Source of the DNA: Niabella sp.
Lineage (GTDB): Bacteria; Bacteroidota; Bacteroidia; Chitinophagales; Chitinophagaceae
Direction: 5' to 3'
Length of the DNA: 40,980 bases
Assembly (NCBI GenBank): GCA_039811305.1
Contig: JBDHYK010000001.1
Coordinates: forward strand, 1 to 40,980
In this document: positions 1 through 9,081 of the stretch, piece after piece
Position numbering within the stretch: the stretch's first letter is position 1
Layout: each line of letters begins with the position of its first letter
The notes under the pieces: generated by a model
Databases searched by the model: none
The model's input: the letters and a program-made list of their open reading frames with translations, nothing else
What the model was told of the DNA's origin: nothing
Made by a program: the position numbers and the translations under genes

Positions 1-492
1 GAATTTATTGAAGTAGCTGTTCTTAGTATTCGTGGAAAGCTTTGCACCTGTCTTAGTTACAGCCTTCTTCACCAAGTATTCTTTGAAGCCTTCTACAAAT
101 TGCTTGTTTATTTGGTTGAACTGAATATCCCGTGGGCAATACTTTTTAAGGTGTTTGATTGTACTATCCCAATTTCCATAGTTACCCATACTATCCTTAC
201 GCTTTTCGGCAAGCATTTCCATATAAGAAATGAAGTAGCTTTTCAACTTCTCTTTATCGTGTAGGTCGTATGTGTTGGATTCAAATTCCAAATGCCTTTT
301 GCTGCGTATAGTTTCAGCTAAAGCAAGGATTTTTTTGTTTTCATCCTTTTGGAATTTTGTAAGTGTTCCCTTCTCTGGGACGGGTGTTAGGTAAAGATTT
401 AGGTATTCATACTGTCTTTTACCATTGCTGTAATATTCTAAGTACAGACTAATTTTCTCACCCTTCTGGCGTTGGCGCAATGTTACTTTCAT
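1..492 (-). CDS. Site-specific tyrosine integrase, N-terminal part (arm-binding and SAM-like domains), runs off the left edge
   Basis: Not in the ORF track. ATG at 492 (minus), open for 164 codons to base 1: MKVTLRQRQKGEKISLYLEYYSNGKRQYEYLNLYL...ALAETIRSKR...GNYGNWDSTIKHLKKY...FVEGFKEYL...LSTNTKNSYFNKF. SLYLxYY-GKRxYEYLxLYL and LSxNTKxSYFNKF are typical of Bacteroidota integrases. Catalytic domain lies outside the window. Confidence 0.88.
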   Translation of the reverse strand, partial: MKVTLRQRQKGEKISLYLEYYSNGKRQYEYLNLYLTPVPEKGTLTKFQKDENKKILALAETIRSKRHLEFESNTYDLHDKEKLKSYFISYMEMLAEKRKDSMGNYGNWDSTIKHLKKYCPRDIQFNQINKQFVEGFKEYLVKKAVTKTGAKLSTNTKNSYFNKF

Positions 493-534
493 TTCTTTCA
501 GTTAAAAAAGTTCCTAAAAATCCCTAACAGAATA

Positions 535-627
535 TCGGGCAACAAAAAAAATGTCGGGCAACAAATATTCTACTTGGGCAACAAATAGGCAACAAAAATA
601 AGTAAAAAAGGGCAATCGGGCAACAAA
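535..627. repeat. Five direct repeats of (G)GGCAACAAA, probable integrase arm-type binding sites
   Basis: GGGCAACAAA at 537-546, 556-565, 576-585 and 618-627 (three of them extend to TCGGGCAACAAA), AGGCAACAAA at 587-596, and a partial GGGCAAT at 610-616. All lie between the integrase start and the mnmE stop. Function is inferred. Confidence 0.8.
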
Positions 628-648
628 AAAGAGAAGAGATAAATTAAA

Positions 649-673
649 CAATACGTTGAAAAGCAAGTAGTTG
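649..673. promoter_or_regulatory. Back-to-back IHF-like sites in the att region
   Basis: AAGCAAGTAGTTG (+, 661-673) and TTTCAACGTATTG (-, 661-649) each match WATCAANNNNTTR with one mismatch. Confidence 0.4.
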
Positions 674-692
674 GTAAATAAAAGAAAGGTAT

Positions 693-2084
693 TCACTTTC
701 CGATACAAAACTTTCCAAATATGGTTCCCAGAATATCCCTATCTACTTCTACCTGGCCGGTAATTTCACCAATATAATGCAAGGCGCGGCGGATATCAAT
801 AGTGAGCAAGTCTCCACTTAGGTTGAAACTCATGCCCGATTTAATGGCAAGTAGGCTTTCCCTTATTTTTTGCAAGGCTTCGTGATGGCGGGCATTGGTT
901 ACAATCGTTGCTTCCATATTTGCGCTTTCACCGACTGCTTTTTCATAAATCAGTTTTTTGAGTTCGTCAATTCCAAATCCTTCTTTTGCATCAATGGGCG
1001 GGTAGAGCGAATCTACTGGTGTACCCAGGTGGTTTATGCGTTTTTGCCACGCAAGAAACTTATTGTAAACTATAATGGTTTTGGACGCATATTGGGTCAG
1101 CCATTCAAATCGGTGCTGCTCGTCTTCATCCAGAAGATCAATAACATGCAGGATAATATCGGCTCGCGCAGCATTGGTTCGACTTCTCTCAATGCCCATA
1201 TTTTCAATTTTATCTGTACTGTGCTCGCGAATGCCGGCTGTATCAATCAGACGAAACAAAATGCCATTGATATTCAGTATTTCTTCAATCGTATCGCGGG
1301 TGGTGCCGGCAATTTCGCTAACAATGGCACGTTCTTCATTCAGAAAGGCATTCAGCAATGTACTTTTTCCTGCATTGGGCTTCCCGATGATGGCAACGCT
1401 AACACCGTTTTTTATTACATTTCCCAGCCGAAAAGATTCCGTAAGATGATTCACCTGCCTAAAAATTCTGTCCACAAGTTGGCTCAACTGCTGTCTGTCA
1501 GCAAATTCCACATCTTCGTCACTAAAATCCAATTCCAGTTCGATCAATGCAGCAAAATGTATCATCTCGTCTCTTAAAGTTTTGAGGTCGTTAGAAAACC
1601 CACCTCGCAATTGGTTGAGGGCTGTTTGCTGAGCGGCCCTGCTGTTGGCGGCTATTAAATCGGCAACGGCTTCTGCCTGTGCCAGATCCAACTTGCCGTT
1701 CAGAAACGCTCTTTGGGTAAACTCGCCGGGTCGAGCCAGCCGAGCCCCTGCCGCAATGCAAACCTCTAAGATCCTTTGCAAAATATAGGGAGAGCCGTGG
1801 CCGCTGATTTCCACCACATCTTCTCCTGTATAGCTCTTGGGGTTTTTAAAAAGGGTCAACACTACTTCGTCAATAATTTCTTCCTTTTTATTATTTCCTG
1901 TGGGAGACACAATATGCCCAAAATGAACCGTATGGCTTGGCAGATTTTTTAGAGACTTCCCTTTAAACAGCTTTTCGGCAATGTAAAGGGCTTCTCCACC
2001 GCTTAAACGGATCACACCAATCGCACCTGCTCCAGGTGGTGTAGCAAGCGCTACGATCGTGTCTTTTAATTCAGAAAGGCTCAT
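693..2084 (-). CDS. mnmE: tRNA modification GTPase MnmE (TrmE)
   Basis: DTIVALATPPG, GEFTQRAFLNGKLDL, GKPNAGKS, GTTRD, DTAGIR, C-terminal FCIGK. Confidence 0.98.
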   Translation of the reverse strand: MSLSELKDTIVALATPPGAGAIGVIRLSGGEALYIAEKLFKGKSLKNLPSHTVHFGHIVSPTGNNKKEEIIDEVVLTLFKNPKSYTGEDVVEISGHGSPYILQRILEVCIAAGARLARPGEFTQRAFLNGKLDLAQAEAVADLIAANSRAAQQTALNQLRGGFSNDLKTLRDEMIHFAALIELELDFSDEDVEFADRQQLSQLVDRIFRQVNHLTESFRLGNVIKNGVSVAIIGKPNAGKSTLLNAFLNEERAIVSEIAGTTRDTIEEILNINGILFRLIDTAGIREHSTDKIENMGIERSRTNAARADIILHVIDLLDEDEQHRFEWLTQYASKTIIVYNKFLAWQKRINHLGTPVDSLYPPIDAKEGFGIDELKKLIYEKAVGESANMEATIVTNARHHEALQKIRESLLAIKSGMSFNLSGDLLTIDIRRALHYIGEITGQVEVDRDILGTIFGKFCIGK

Positions 2085-2088
2085 GGGG

Positions 2089-2096
2089 CAAAAATA
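2089..2096 (-). promoter_or_regulatory. Bacteroidota -7 promoter element (TAnnTTTG) for mnmE
   Basis: TATTTTTG on minus, 4 nt before the ATG. Confidence 0.55.
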
Positions 2097-2195
2097 GAGA
2101 ATTGTTATTGTCTTGCAATTAATTGATTGCTTCTTGATTGCAACTCTTTTTTCTCCATACCGATTGTATAAAAAATCCCTCTTTGAACTTGTAAT

Positions 2196-3221
2196 TTACC
2201 TGAGTTCGTTATTGATGAATTGCAACAATAACTCTCCCTTTGGAGAAATTCCCTGATATACCGGACTAAGGTTTGTTGTATTGTTATTTGCTCCCTCGTT
2301 GTACAACACCTGGTCCAGCAGATAGTCTCCTTTTTGAAGATGAGGCAAAATGTTTTTGTAATGATTGATTGCTTTAGTGCCGACTTCTTGTATGCTTAAA
2401 TTTTCGTTTACGATTCCTGCTTCTGTAATAGCAATATGCCGCCCAGAAGGGAGCCTAATACGTATGCGGTCTATCTGCTCATAATCGAAGTTTGTAATAC
2501 CATCGCCATTGTGGTAAAGATGAAGGGTAGCATGGATATTTTTCTGAGGAAATTGTTTCATTACAGAATCAATCATCACCTGGTTCCAATAGTCCATTTT
2601 TTGTTGCGCAACTGGCTGGTCGGGTCGTGCTGGGGCGAAGATGATGTAGTAGGGCAACCCAAAATGATCTAAAGCGGCCCAGAAATCAGGTAGAATGTCT
2701 CTGGCATAAATCTCGGGAGTAACCCTTTTTGTTACCTCGTCAAAACTTGTGTCGCCATTGGCAAATTTTGTGAGGTAGTACTCATTCATCATTTCCAGAA
2801 AGTCGAATTTTGCTCCGGCAGTTATCCACCTTTGTATTAGCAAACTTTGATTTGCCGGAGAATCGTTTCCGTTTACTACGTAGATGAATCTTAGCCCATG
2901 TTTCTTTTGAAGCGCTACCCAATCGGTGATCGCCCCATTAGTCCAATCGTTTCCGAAGGTAATTTGCGAAGAGGTACCACCGGTTACCCGCACAACCATG
3001 TTGGGTTTAAATCTGTTTGTTACCTGTTGGAAGTATTGGTCTGCATAAATTGTTTGCTGGCTGGTATTCATCAATCCTTTTGCATTAAATCCAAAATAGG
3101 GCCGATCCAAGGTGCTTTCATTTTGTTGTTCGGTTGAGGATTTTGAACAACCTTCAGTAAACTGCAAGCAAGCTGCCATTAGAAGCACGAAAACCATCAC
3201 TTTATTAGAGCCATTGGCCAT
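2196..3221 (-). CDS. Putative lipoprotein with clan GH-A-like glycoside hydrolase TIM barrel
   Basis: Hydrophobic stretch then FTEG-C lipobox-like Cys; RVTGGT, LEMMNEYY (acid/base Glu), HLY, IAITEAG (nucleophile Glu). Start at 3221 preferred over the track start at 3245. Confidence 0.62.
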   Translation of the reverse strand: MANGSNKVMVFVLLMAACLQFTEGCSKSSTEQQNESTLDRPYFGFNAKGLMNTSQQTIYADQYFQQVTNRFKPNMVVRVTGGTSSQITFGNDWTNGAITDWVALQKKHGLRFIYVVNGNDSPANQSLLIQRWITAGAKFDFLEMMNEYYLTKFANGDTSFDEVTKRVTPEIYARDILPDFWAALDHFGLPYYIIFAPARPDQPVAQQKMDYWNQVMIDSVMKQFPQKNIHATLHLYHNGDGITNFDYEQIDRIRIRLPSGRHIAITEAGIVNENLSIQEVGTKAINHYKNILPHLQKGDYLLDQVLYNEGANNNTTNLSPVYQGISPKGELLLQFINNELR

Positions 3222-3567
3222 TTTGATTAAAAAATAACGACACATATTTTATTTCAGGTATGTTAATTTCGACTTGTAAATACCTCAAAGGTTTATTGGG
3301 TGCCCAAAAATTGTGGATGTATTCAAACTAATCCGGAATTTGCATTTTATTATTTGTGTGCAACAATTTCCCAGACTTTTCTACTCCCTTACATTTGCAG
3401 CATGACTTTCTATTATTTATTAGACGCCCAATGAGTTGTCGGCAATATATACAGTTCCATCGGGATTGTTTTTTAGGCACAAATCAACTTATCAGCTCAA
3501 AGCACGAAAATTGTCCGTTATTTGCAGCCGGTTTTATTTTATTGAGCCCGTTTAAGCGTATGTATTT

Positions 3568-4275
3568 ATGACAATAGCAGATTTGCAAACAATAAATTTT
3601 GAGGAGGGAGCAGCTTTGCTGATTGATAAACCTCTGGACTGGACTTCCTTCGATGCCGTTCGAAAGATCAGAAACCTGATCCGGATAAAAAAAGTTGGCC
3701 ATGCCGGCACACTGGATCCTTTAGCCACCGGGCTGCTAATTGTTTGTACCGGAAAGTTTACAAAAAAAATTAACGAATACATGGCGCAGGAGAAAGAATA
3801 TACCGGTACGTTCACCCTTGGCGCTACCACACCCACCTATGATTTGGAAAGCGAGCCGAATGATTTCAAACCCTATGAACACCTTACTATTACTGAAATT
3901 GAAAATGCCACAACCCAATTTGTTGGCGAGATAGATCAGGTGCCGCCCATTCATTCGGCAATAAAAAAGGACGGAAAACGTGTTTACGAATTGGCCCGAA
4001 AGGGTGTGGATGTAAAACTGGATCCCCGAAAAATCACCATCAGGGAGTTTGAAGTAGATGCCACACAACTACCGGTTGTGGCGTTTCGGGTAGTGTGTTC
4101 CACCGGTACTTATATCCGAAGCCTTGCCAACGACTTTGGAGCTGCATTGGGTTGTGGTGCTCACCTCAGTTGCCTACGCCGCACGCGTATTGGTAATTTT
4201 ATGGTTTCAGACGCCCTGAGTATTGAAGAATTTGAGCAAGCAGTAAGAGAAAAGCAAAAGTCTGGGTCTTCCTAA
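3568..4275 (+). CDS. truB: tRNA pseudouridine(55) synthase TruB
   Basis: LIDKPLDWTSFD, KVGHAGTLDPLATG, CSTGTYIRSLA. Confidence 0.97.
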   Translation: MTIADLQTINFEEGAALLIDKPLDWTSFDAVRKIRNLIRIKKVGHAGTLDPLATGLLIVCTGKFTKKINEYMAQEKEYTGTFTLGATTPTYDLESEPNDFKPYEHLTITEIENATTQFVGEIDQVPPIHSAIKKDGKRVYELARKGVDVKLDPRKITIREFEVDATQLPVVAFRVVCSTGTYIRSLANDFGAALGCGAHLSCLRRTRIGNFMVSDALSIEEFEQAVREKQKSGSS

Positions 4276-4291
4276 GCATGACCGAAACAAA

Positions 4292-6661
4292 CTAAAAAAT
4301 AAAAGGATACCCGATACCCAATTGCAACTGGCTTCCTTTTATTAGAGGGTAGGCAAAAAACCGGTTCTGATACGATTCGTTATCGGGACTGGGGGTAGGG
4401 TCTTTAACTTTATAGGCATAGTCAAAGCGGATGACAAAGAATCCAAAATCTATTCGAACTCCCGCACCGGCACCAATAGCCAAATCGGTACCTAATCTTG
4501 AAAAGCGAAACACCTCATCCTGCGCACCGGCTGTCTTTTTCAACAACCACACATTACCCATATCCGTAAATAGTGCCCCATTAATAGGAATGCCGGCCAC
4601 ATTCATCAATGGCATCCGGTACTCAATATTGGCTTCCAATTGTACATCGCCAAAACGATCGGGAATACCTACTTCGCCCGTGAAATAATTTACATTAGAA
4701 CCCGGCCCTAACCTTCTCAACTGCCAGGCACGCATACTATTGGGTCCCCCGCTGTAAAATTGCTTGTAAAAAGGGAGCTGATCTCGTTTATTAGGATTCT
4801 GTGTAGCTTCCAACTCGTACCCAATACCGGCAAATGCGCGCACTACCAAAGAGGTTTTTGTCCATTTCAAAAGGCGGGCATATTCAGCATCCACTTTTAC
4901 AAACCGGTACAACTCCCTGTCTATAAACTCGTTACGAATCAAACCGGTCAACAGACCCGAGCTCTCTAAATTCGATCGGAACACCTGAGTCGTTTTGCTA
5001 TTACTGCGCGACCAGGGCATCGTAAAATTAACAATCGTAGAAGTAATCAACCCATCGGAGAAAATATTGTTGATGGCAGGATTTCTCTCAATCATCCTCA
5101 ACAGACTATCTCGTTTCAGAATTCTGGAATATTCGATATTGGGAAGTTTGATTCCCAGGTTATAACTTCGGTTAATGATACCGTTTGTTTTAGCCACCCA
5201 ACTCAACTCATACCCCCAGGACGTATTAAACGAGGTAAGATTGAACAAGAACCTCCTCTCTGTGTTCGCCCCGTTTAAACTGAATATAGACCGTACCGTG
5301 CCCGGGAAGGATTGTTTAAAACGGTGGAGCCCAGGAATTATAAACCGGGGATAAGCCAATGAGTTGTTTAAACTAATTTGTTGTGTTTGTATCAGGCTCC
5401 CTTCACCCAAATTAAGCTCCACGCCATATCTTAAATTAGAACTTGCCAGATTGGCTCCTCGTAAAAAATTTCTGTTTTGAAGGCCAAAGTTGATGCCGGT
5501 ACCCAAGAAGTTACCCGAAAGTGCGCTTTGGCTGTAACTACCTTCCAGATTGGTGGTAAAATTGAATTTTCTCGCAGGCGTCAGAAATATTTTGAAATCA
5601 ATAGTATCCTGATTCCATCTTTTGGTAGTATCATATTGCACATCCACCAGGCGCCAACTACCAAGGTTATTTAATCGGTTGAGGGTTTTCACCTGCTTTC
5701 GCTGGTCAAAAAGTTCGCCTTTTTTAAAATAAATATTGGGAGCAAAAATTTTGGGTTTAAATTTATTAAAATATTGTATCACAGAAAGTCCATCCTGAAC
5801 TACCGTTTTTCTCCGGCGGAACAGGGTGTCTGCACTTACGTCGGGAAAAACAAAAATATCGCCCACGTAATATTTTGATACGCGAGTAGTGTCGTCAATG
5901 GGTCGCAGCCTCAAATCTAAATCGGCCAAGGGTCGTAGCTTTCTTTCCTGCAACCGCTGCAATTGCTCCACTTGTTCAAAAGGATCCAGCGCAGGCTGTA
6001 GCAAACTTACATCAATTGTATCCCAAAGCGCAAATAACAAATCTCTCGAAAACTTAATATACCCATGATTTCGGTAGAGTTCTACCAACCTGTCTAATTC
6101 CGACGAAATGGGCGTTAGCGCAAAAGGGCTCCCTTTTCTTATAACCGCCTGAGGTGCATACCGCGCAGCAAGTTGCTGCAAACTATCGTAGTGCAACGTG
6201 TAACTTAGCGAATCAATACGGGTGAGGGGGCCAGGCCATACTTTGAAATCAATATGAGCGCGTTGCTGGTTTTCAATACGATTAATTGTTGTAGAAAAAG
6301 ATATGGAATCGTTATAATATCCATGCGAATTCAAATAATAATGCATGTATTGCAGCGATTTGCTAATAGCGCTACTGTCTAACCTGGGGGGATTTTTAAT
6401 AGTAGCCCATAAAACTTTATCTACCGATCTGGATTGAATACTATCATCCAATTGCTCGAATAAGCCGGCTTCCAAGCCTGCTTTTTCTTCTTTTGTAATC
6501 TGTTTATCTATCAGTTGGATATTTGTTTTGTACACAAAAGGCTCCTCTACCGGATAATGTTTTACAAAAGTGGTTATTTTGCAAGAATTGAACCCGATGA
6601 TTGCCAATGAAACGACAACAAAAAGGGTAAATTTTTTAAATGATAAAAACAAATTCTTCAA
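4292..6661 (-). CDS. BamA/TamA (Omp85) family outer-membrane protein, lipoprotein type
   Basis: N-terminal FNSC lipobox, POTRA-like region, FYSGGPNSMRAW, EANIEYR, GVRIDFGFFVIRFD, C-terminal IGYPFIF. Confidence 0.88.
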   Translation of the reverse strand: MKNLFLSFKKFTLFVVVSLAIIGFNSCKITTFVKHYPVEEPFVYKTNIQLIDKQITKEEKAGLEAGLFEQLDDSIQSRSVDKVLWATIKNPPRLDSSAISKSLQYMHYYLNSHGYYNDSISFSTTINRIENQQRAHIDFKVWPGPLTRIDSLSYTLHYDSLQQLAARYAPQAVIRKGSPFALTPISSELDRLVELYRNHGYIKFSRDLLFALWDTIDVSLLQPALDPFEQVEQLQRLQERKLRPLADLDLRLRPIDDTTRVSKYYVGDIFVFPDVSADTLFRRRKTVVQDGLSVIQYFNKFKPKIFAPNIYFKKGELFDQRKQVKTLNRLNNLGSWRLVDVQYDTTKRWNQDTIDFKIFLTPARKFNFTTNLEGSYSQSALSGNFLGTGINFGLQNRNFLRGANLASSNLRYGVELNLGEGSLIQTQQISLNNSLAYPRFIIPGLHRFKQSFPGTVRSIFSLNGANTERRFLFNLTSFNTSWGYELSWVAKTNGIINRSYNLGIKLPNIEYSRILKRDSLLRMIERNPAINNIFSDGLITSTIVNFTMPWSRSNSKTTQVFRSNLESSGLLTGLIRNEFIDRELYRFVKVDAEYARLLKWTKTSLVVRAFAGIGYELEATQNPNKRDQLPFYKQFYSGGPNSMRAWQLRRLGPGSNVNYFTGEVGIPDRFGDVQLEANIEYRMPLMNVAGIPINGALFTDMGNVWLLKKTAGAQDEVFRFSRLGTDLAIGAGAGVRIDFGFFVIRFDYAYKVKDPTPSPDNESYQNRFFAYPLIKGSQLQLGIGYPFIF

Positions 6662-6684
6662 ACTTCTATTATTAACAGACTATA

Positions 6685-7419
6685 ATGCTCAGCAAATCCG
6701 AGGTCAAATATATTCAAAGTTTAAGCCAAAAAAAATTTAGGGACAAAGAAAACCTTTTTATTATTGAAGGGCCCAAAATAGTAGAAGAAGCTCTGAAGGC
6801 TGCTCCGAAAAATGTAAAAAAACTTTTTGCGCTGCCCGATTGGATTGAAAACAACAAAAAAATCCTCTCCGAGGTGGAGGTAGCTCCCATTGATACTATT
6901 GACCTGGATCGCATCTCGCAATTAAAAACACCCAATAAAGTTATCGCTTTGATGGAAGCCCCCTGGAGCGAAGGTTTTGTGCTTCGCACGAACGAACTTG
7001 CATTAGTGTTAGATGGCATCCAGGATCCCGGCAATATGGGCACACTCATTCGTATAGCCGATTGGTTTGGGGTACAGCAGGTCATTTGCAGCCCAGACTG
7101 TGCAGACATATACAACCCCAAAGTAGTACAGGCTTCAATGGGCAGCACGTTTAGAGTAGAAGTTTTTTACACCCCCCTACCCGATTGGCTTGCTACCGTA
7201 AAAGCAGTTCCGGTTTTAGGGGCAGCCCTGCAGGGCAAACCTTTGTCTTCATTTGAAAAAACCGGCAGGGGATTGCTGGTGATTGGCAACGAATCAAAGG
7301 GTATTCGAAAAGAAGTAATGGAATTTGTTGAACAAAAAATCACAATTGAAAGGTTGGGCCATGCCGAATCGCTGAATGCGGCTGTGGCAGCAGGTATCAT
7401 TTTGGCCTATTTGAAGTAA
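6685..7419 (+). CDS. TrmH/SpoU family RNA methyltransferase
   Basis: IQDPGNMGTLIRIADWFG, IGNESKG, ESLNAAVAAGI. Confidence 0.93.
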   Translation: MLSKSEVKYIQSLSQKKFRDKENLFIIEGPKIVEEALKAAPKNVKKLFALPDWIENNKKILSEVEVAPIDTIDLDRISQLKTPNKVIALMEAPWSEGFVLRTNELALVLDGIQDPGNMGTLIRIADWFGVQQVICSPDCADIYNPKVVQASMGSTFRVEVFYTPLPDWLATVKAVPVLGAALQGKPLSSFEKTGRGLLVIGNESKGIRKEVMEFVEQKITIERLGHAESLNAAVAAGIILAYLK

Positions 7420-7576
7420 GTCCCCTCGATTTTCTTATTCTCATAGCTTGAAAAAACGAATCTTCCCCCTTCCTTCCTTCCAATTCTCAGCCTATTTGTC
7501 GCTCACTTTTCCCACAGGGTGCTGTCCGGGCATTGTTTTGAGCGGCTACATTTTTACAGAAACTCATTCCTTTTCT

Positions 7577-7584
7577 TATATTTG
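7577..7584 (+). promoter_or_regulatory. Bacteroidota -7 promoter element for accD
   Basis: TATATTTG about 30 nt upstream of ATG 7614. Confidence 0.55.
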
Positions 7585-7613
7585 TACCATCAGTTGTAAA
7601 ATTAATTATTTTT

Positions 7614-8522
7614 ATGTCAGATCAGGTAGAAGATTTTGATGCCGATATCATTGGCGATCAAGACGATGAGGGCAAAACGGGTTGGTTCAAGAGGATGAAG
7701 AAAGGGATCCTTACCAAAACCTCCGAAAAAAAGGAAACTCAGGAAGGCCTTTGGACCAAATGCCCCGAGTGCAACTATATCTCTACATACAGCGAGATAA
7801 AAGAGCAATCCTATGTTTGTCCCAAATGTGGCCATCATCACCGAATCAGTAGCCTGCAATACTACGAAATACTCTTTGATAATCAGGAGTTTACCGAACT
7901 TTTCGGCAATATCCGCAGTGAGGATTTCTTAGGCTTCACGGACCTGAAACCCTACAAAAAACGCTTAGAAGATATTTGGGCACGCACCGATCTTACCGAT
8001 TCGATGCGTGTGGCTGTAGGTAAGGCGGAGGGTGAGGAAATAGTAATTGCCTGCATGGATTTTGAATTTATTGGCGGATCCTTGGGTAGTGTTATGGGTG
8101 AAAAATTTGCCCGTGCGGTGGATTACTGCATTGAACACAAACTTCCCTTTATGGTCATCAGCAAAAGCGGTGGTGCCCGTATGATGGAAAGTGCCTTCTC
8201 GCTGATGCAATTAGCCAAAACCAGTGGCAAGCTATCCCAACTTAGTGACGCACAACTGCCCTATATATCCCTTCTTACCGACCCAACCTTTGGGGGTATT
8301 TCAGCTTCTTTTGGTATGCTGGGCGACTTAAATATTGCAGAGCCGGGCGCTCTGATAGGATTTGCCGGCCCACGGGTAATTAAAGAAACTATTAAAAAAG
8401 ACCTGCCAGAGGGGTTTCAACGTAGCGAATTTTTGTTAGAACACGGCTTTTTGGATTTTATTGTGAACCGGAAGGACCTGAAAGAAAAATTGGCCACCGT
8501 AATTCGGTTGTTTAGAAATTAA
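7614..8522 (+). CDS. accD: Acetyl-CoA carboxylase carboxyltransferase beta subunit
   Basis: LWTKCPEC...CPKC zinc finger, SGGARMME, AEPGALIGFAGPRVI, LPEGFQRSEFLLEHG. Confidence 0.97.
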   Translation: MSDQVEDFDADIIGDQDDEGKTGWFKRMKKGILTKTSEKKETQEGLWTKCPECNYISTYSEIKEQSYVCPKCGHHHRISSLQYYEILFDNQEFTELFGNIRSEDFLGFTDLKPYKKRLEDIWARTDLTDSMRVAVGKAEGEEIVIACMDFEFIGGSLGSVMGEKFARAVDYCIEHKLPFMVISKSGGARMMESAFSLMQLAKTSGKLSQLSDAQLPYISLLTDPTFGGISASFGMLGDLNIAEPGALIGFAGPRVIKETIKKDLPEGFQRSEFLLEHGFLDFIVNRKDLKEKLATVIRLFRN

Positions 8523-8614
8523 TTCTTTAAAGCCCGAGTTTGTGTTACAACAGGCTCTTGATTTTCGACCGTTTGCATTGGAAAAACTGATTTCCGGAAT
8601 TCTCTGATCTGAAT

Positions 8615-9067
8615 ATGGCGGCTAACAGCATCTCTTTAAAAAACCGTTCGGCCTTTCACGAATATTTTATTGATGCTACTTACGTAGCAGGCATGGTACT
8701 ATTGGGTACAGAAGTAAAATCTTTACGAGCAGGCAAAGCCAGTTTCAACGACAGTTACTGCATCGTTGACAAAGGGGAAATCTGGTTAAAAAGCCTGCAT
8801 ATTTCGCCCTACTCACATGGCACCGTCAACAACCACGATCCCGACAGGGACAGAAAATTACTGCTGCAAAAAAGAGAAATCCGCCGCATCCAATCCAAAC
8901 TAAAAGAAAAAGGCTACACCCTGGTACCCTTAAAAATTTTTACCAACGATAAAAATCTTATTAAGATAGAAATTGGCTTGGCAAAAGGTAAAAAACTATA
9001 CGACAAACGGGAAAGCATTAAACAAAAAGACCAGGATCGGGATCTGAAGCGCTACCTTAAAAGATAG
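8615..9067 (+). CDS. smpB: SsrA-binding protein SmpB
   Basis: GMVLLGTEVKSLR, RKLLL, GLAKGKKLYDKRE. Confidence 0.97.
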   Translation: MAANSISLKNRSAFHEYFIDATYVAGMVLLGTEVKSLRAGKASFNDSYCIVDKGEIWLKSLHISPYSHGTVNNHDPDRDRKLLLQKREIRRIQSKLKEKGYTLVPLKIFTNDKNLIKIEIGLAKGKKLYDKRESIKQKDQDRDLKRYLKR

Positions 9068-9081
9068 CTCGAATCTGATTA

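Larger units (their letters stand above)
1..710. mobile_element. End of an integrative element inserted at the 3' end of mnmE; putative att core about 693-710
   Basis: Integrase plus repeats directly after the mnmE stop; region looks AT-richer than flanking genes. Last 18 nt of mnmE are TTTTGTATCGGAAAGTGA. The trmE/mnmE 3' end is a known integration site (e.g. SGI1). Confidence 0.72.

Noticed and set aside
535-627. Repeats as a CRISPR array or plasmid iterons
   Set aside because: Units are only 9-12 bp with short, irregular spacers, and no cas or rep gene is visible.
514-708. 64-aa minus-strand ORF overlapping the mnmE end
   Set aside because: Its FFVAR/LFVAQ repeats are just the translation of the GGCAACAAA DNA repeats. 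The region is better explained as an att or regulatory site.
870-1577. 235-aa plus-strand ORF and the many other antisense ORFs in the track
   Set aside because: They lie opposite well-supported housekeeping genes and carry no motifs; shadow ORFs.
8615-9067. tmRNA or tRNA gene near smpB
   Set aside because: No tRNA-like ends or T-loop motif seen in the flanking gaps, and no RNA gene recognised anywhere in the window.
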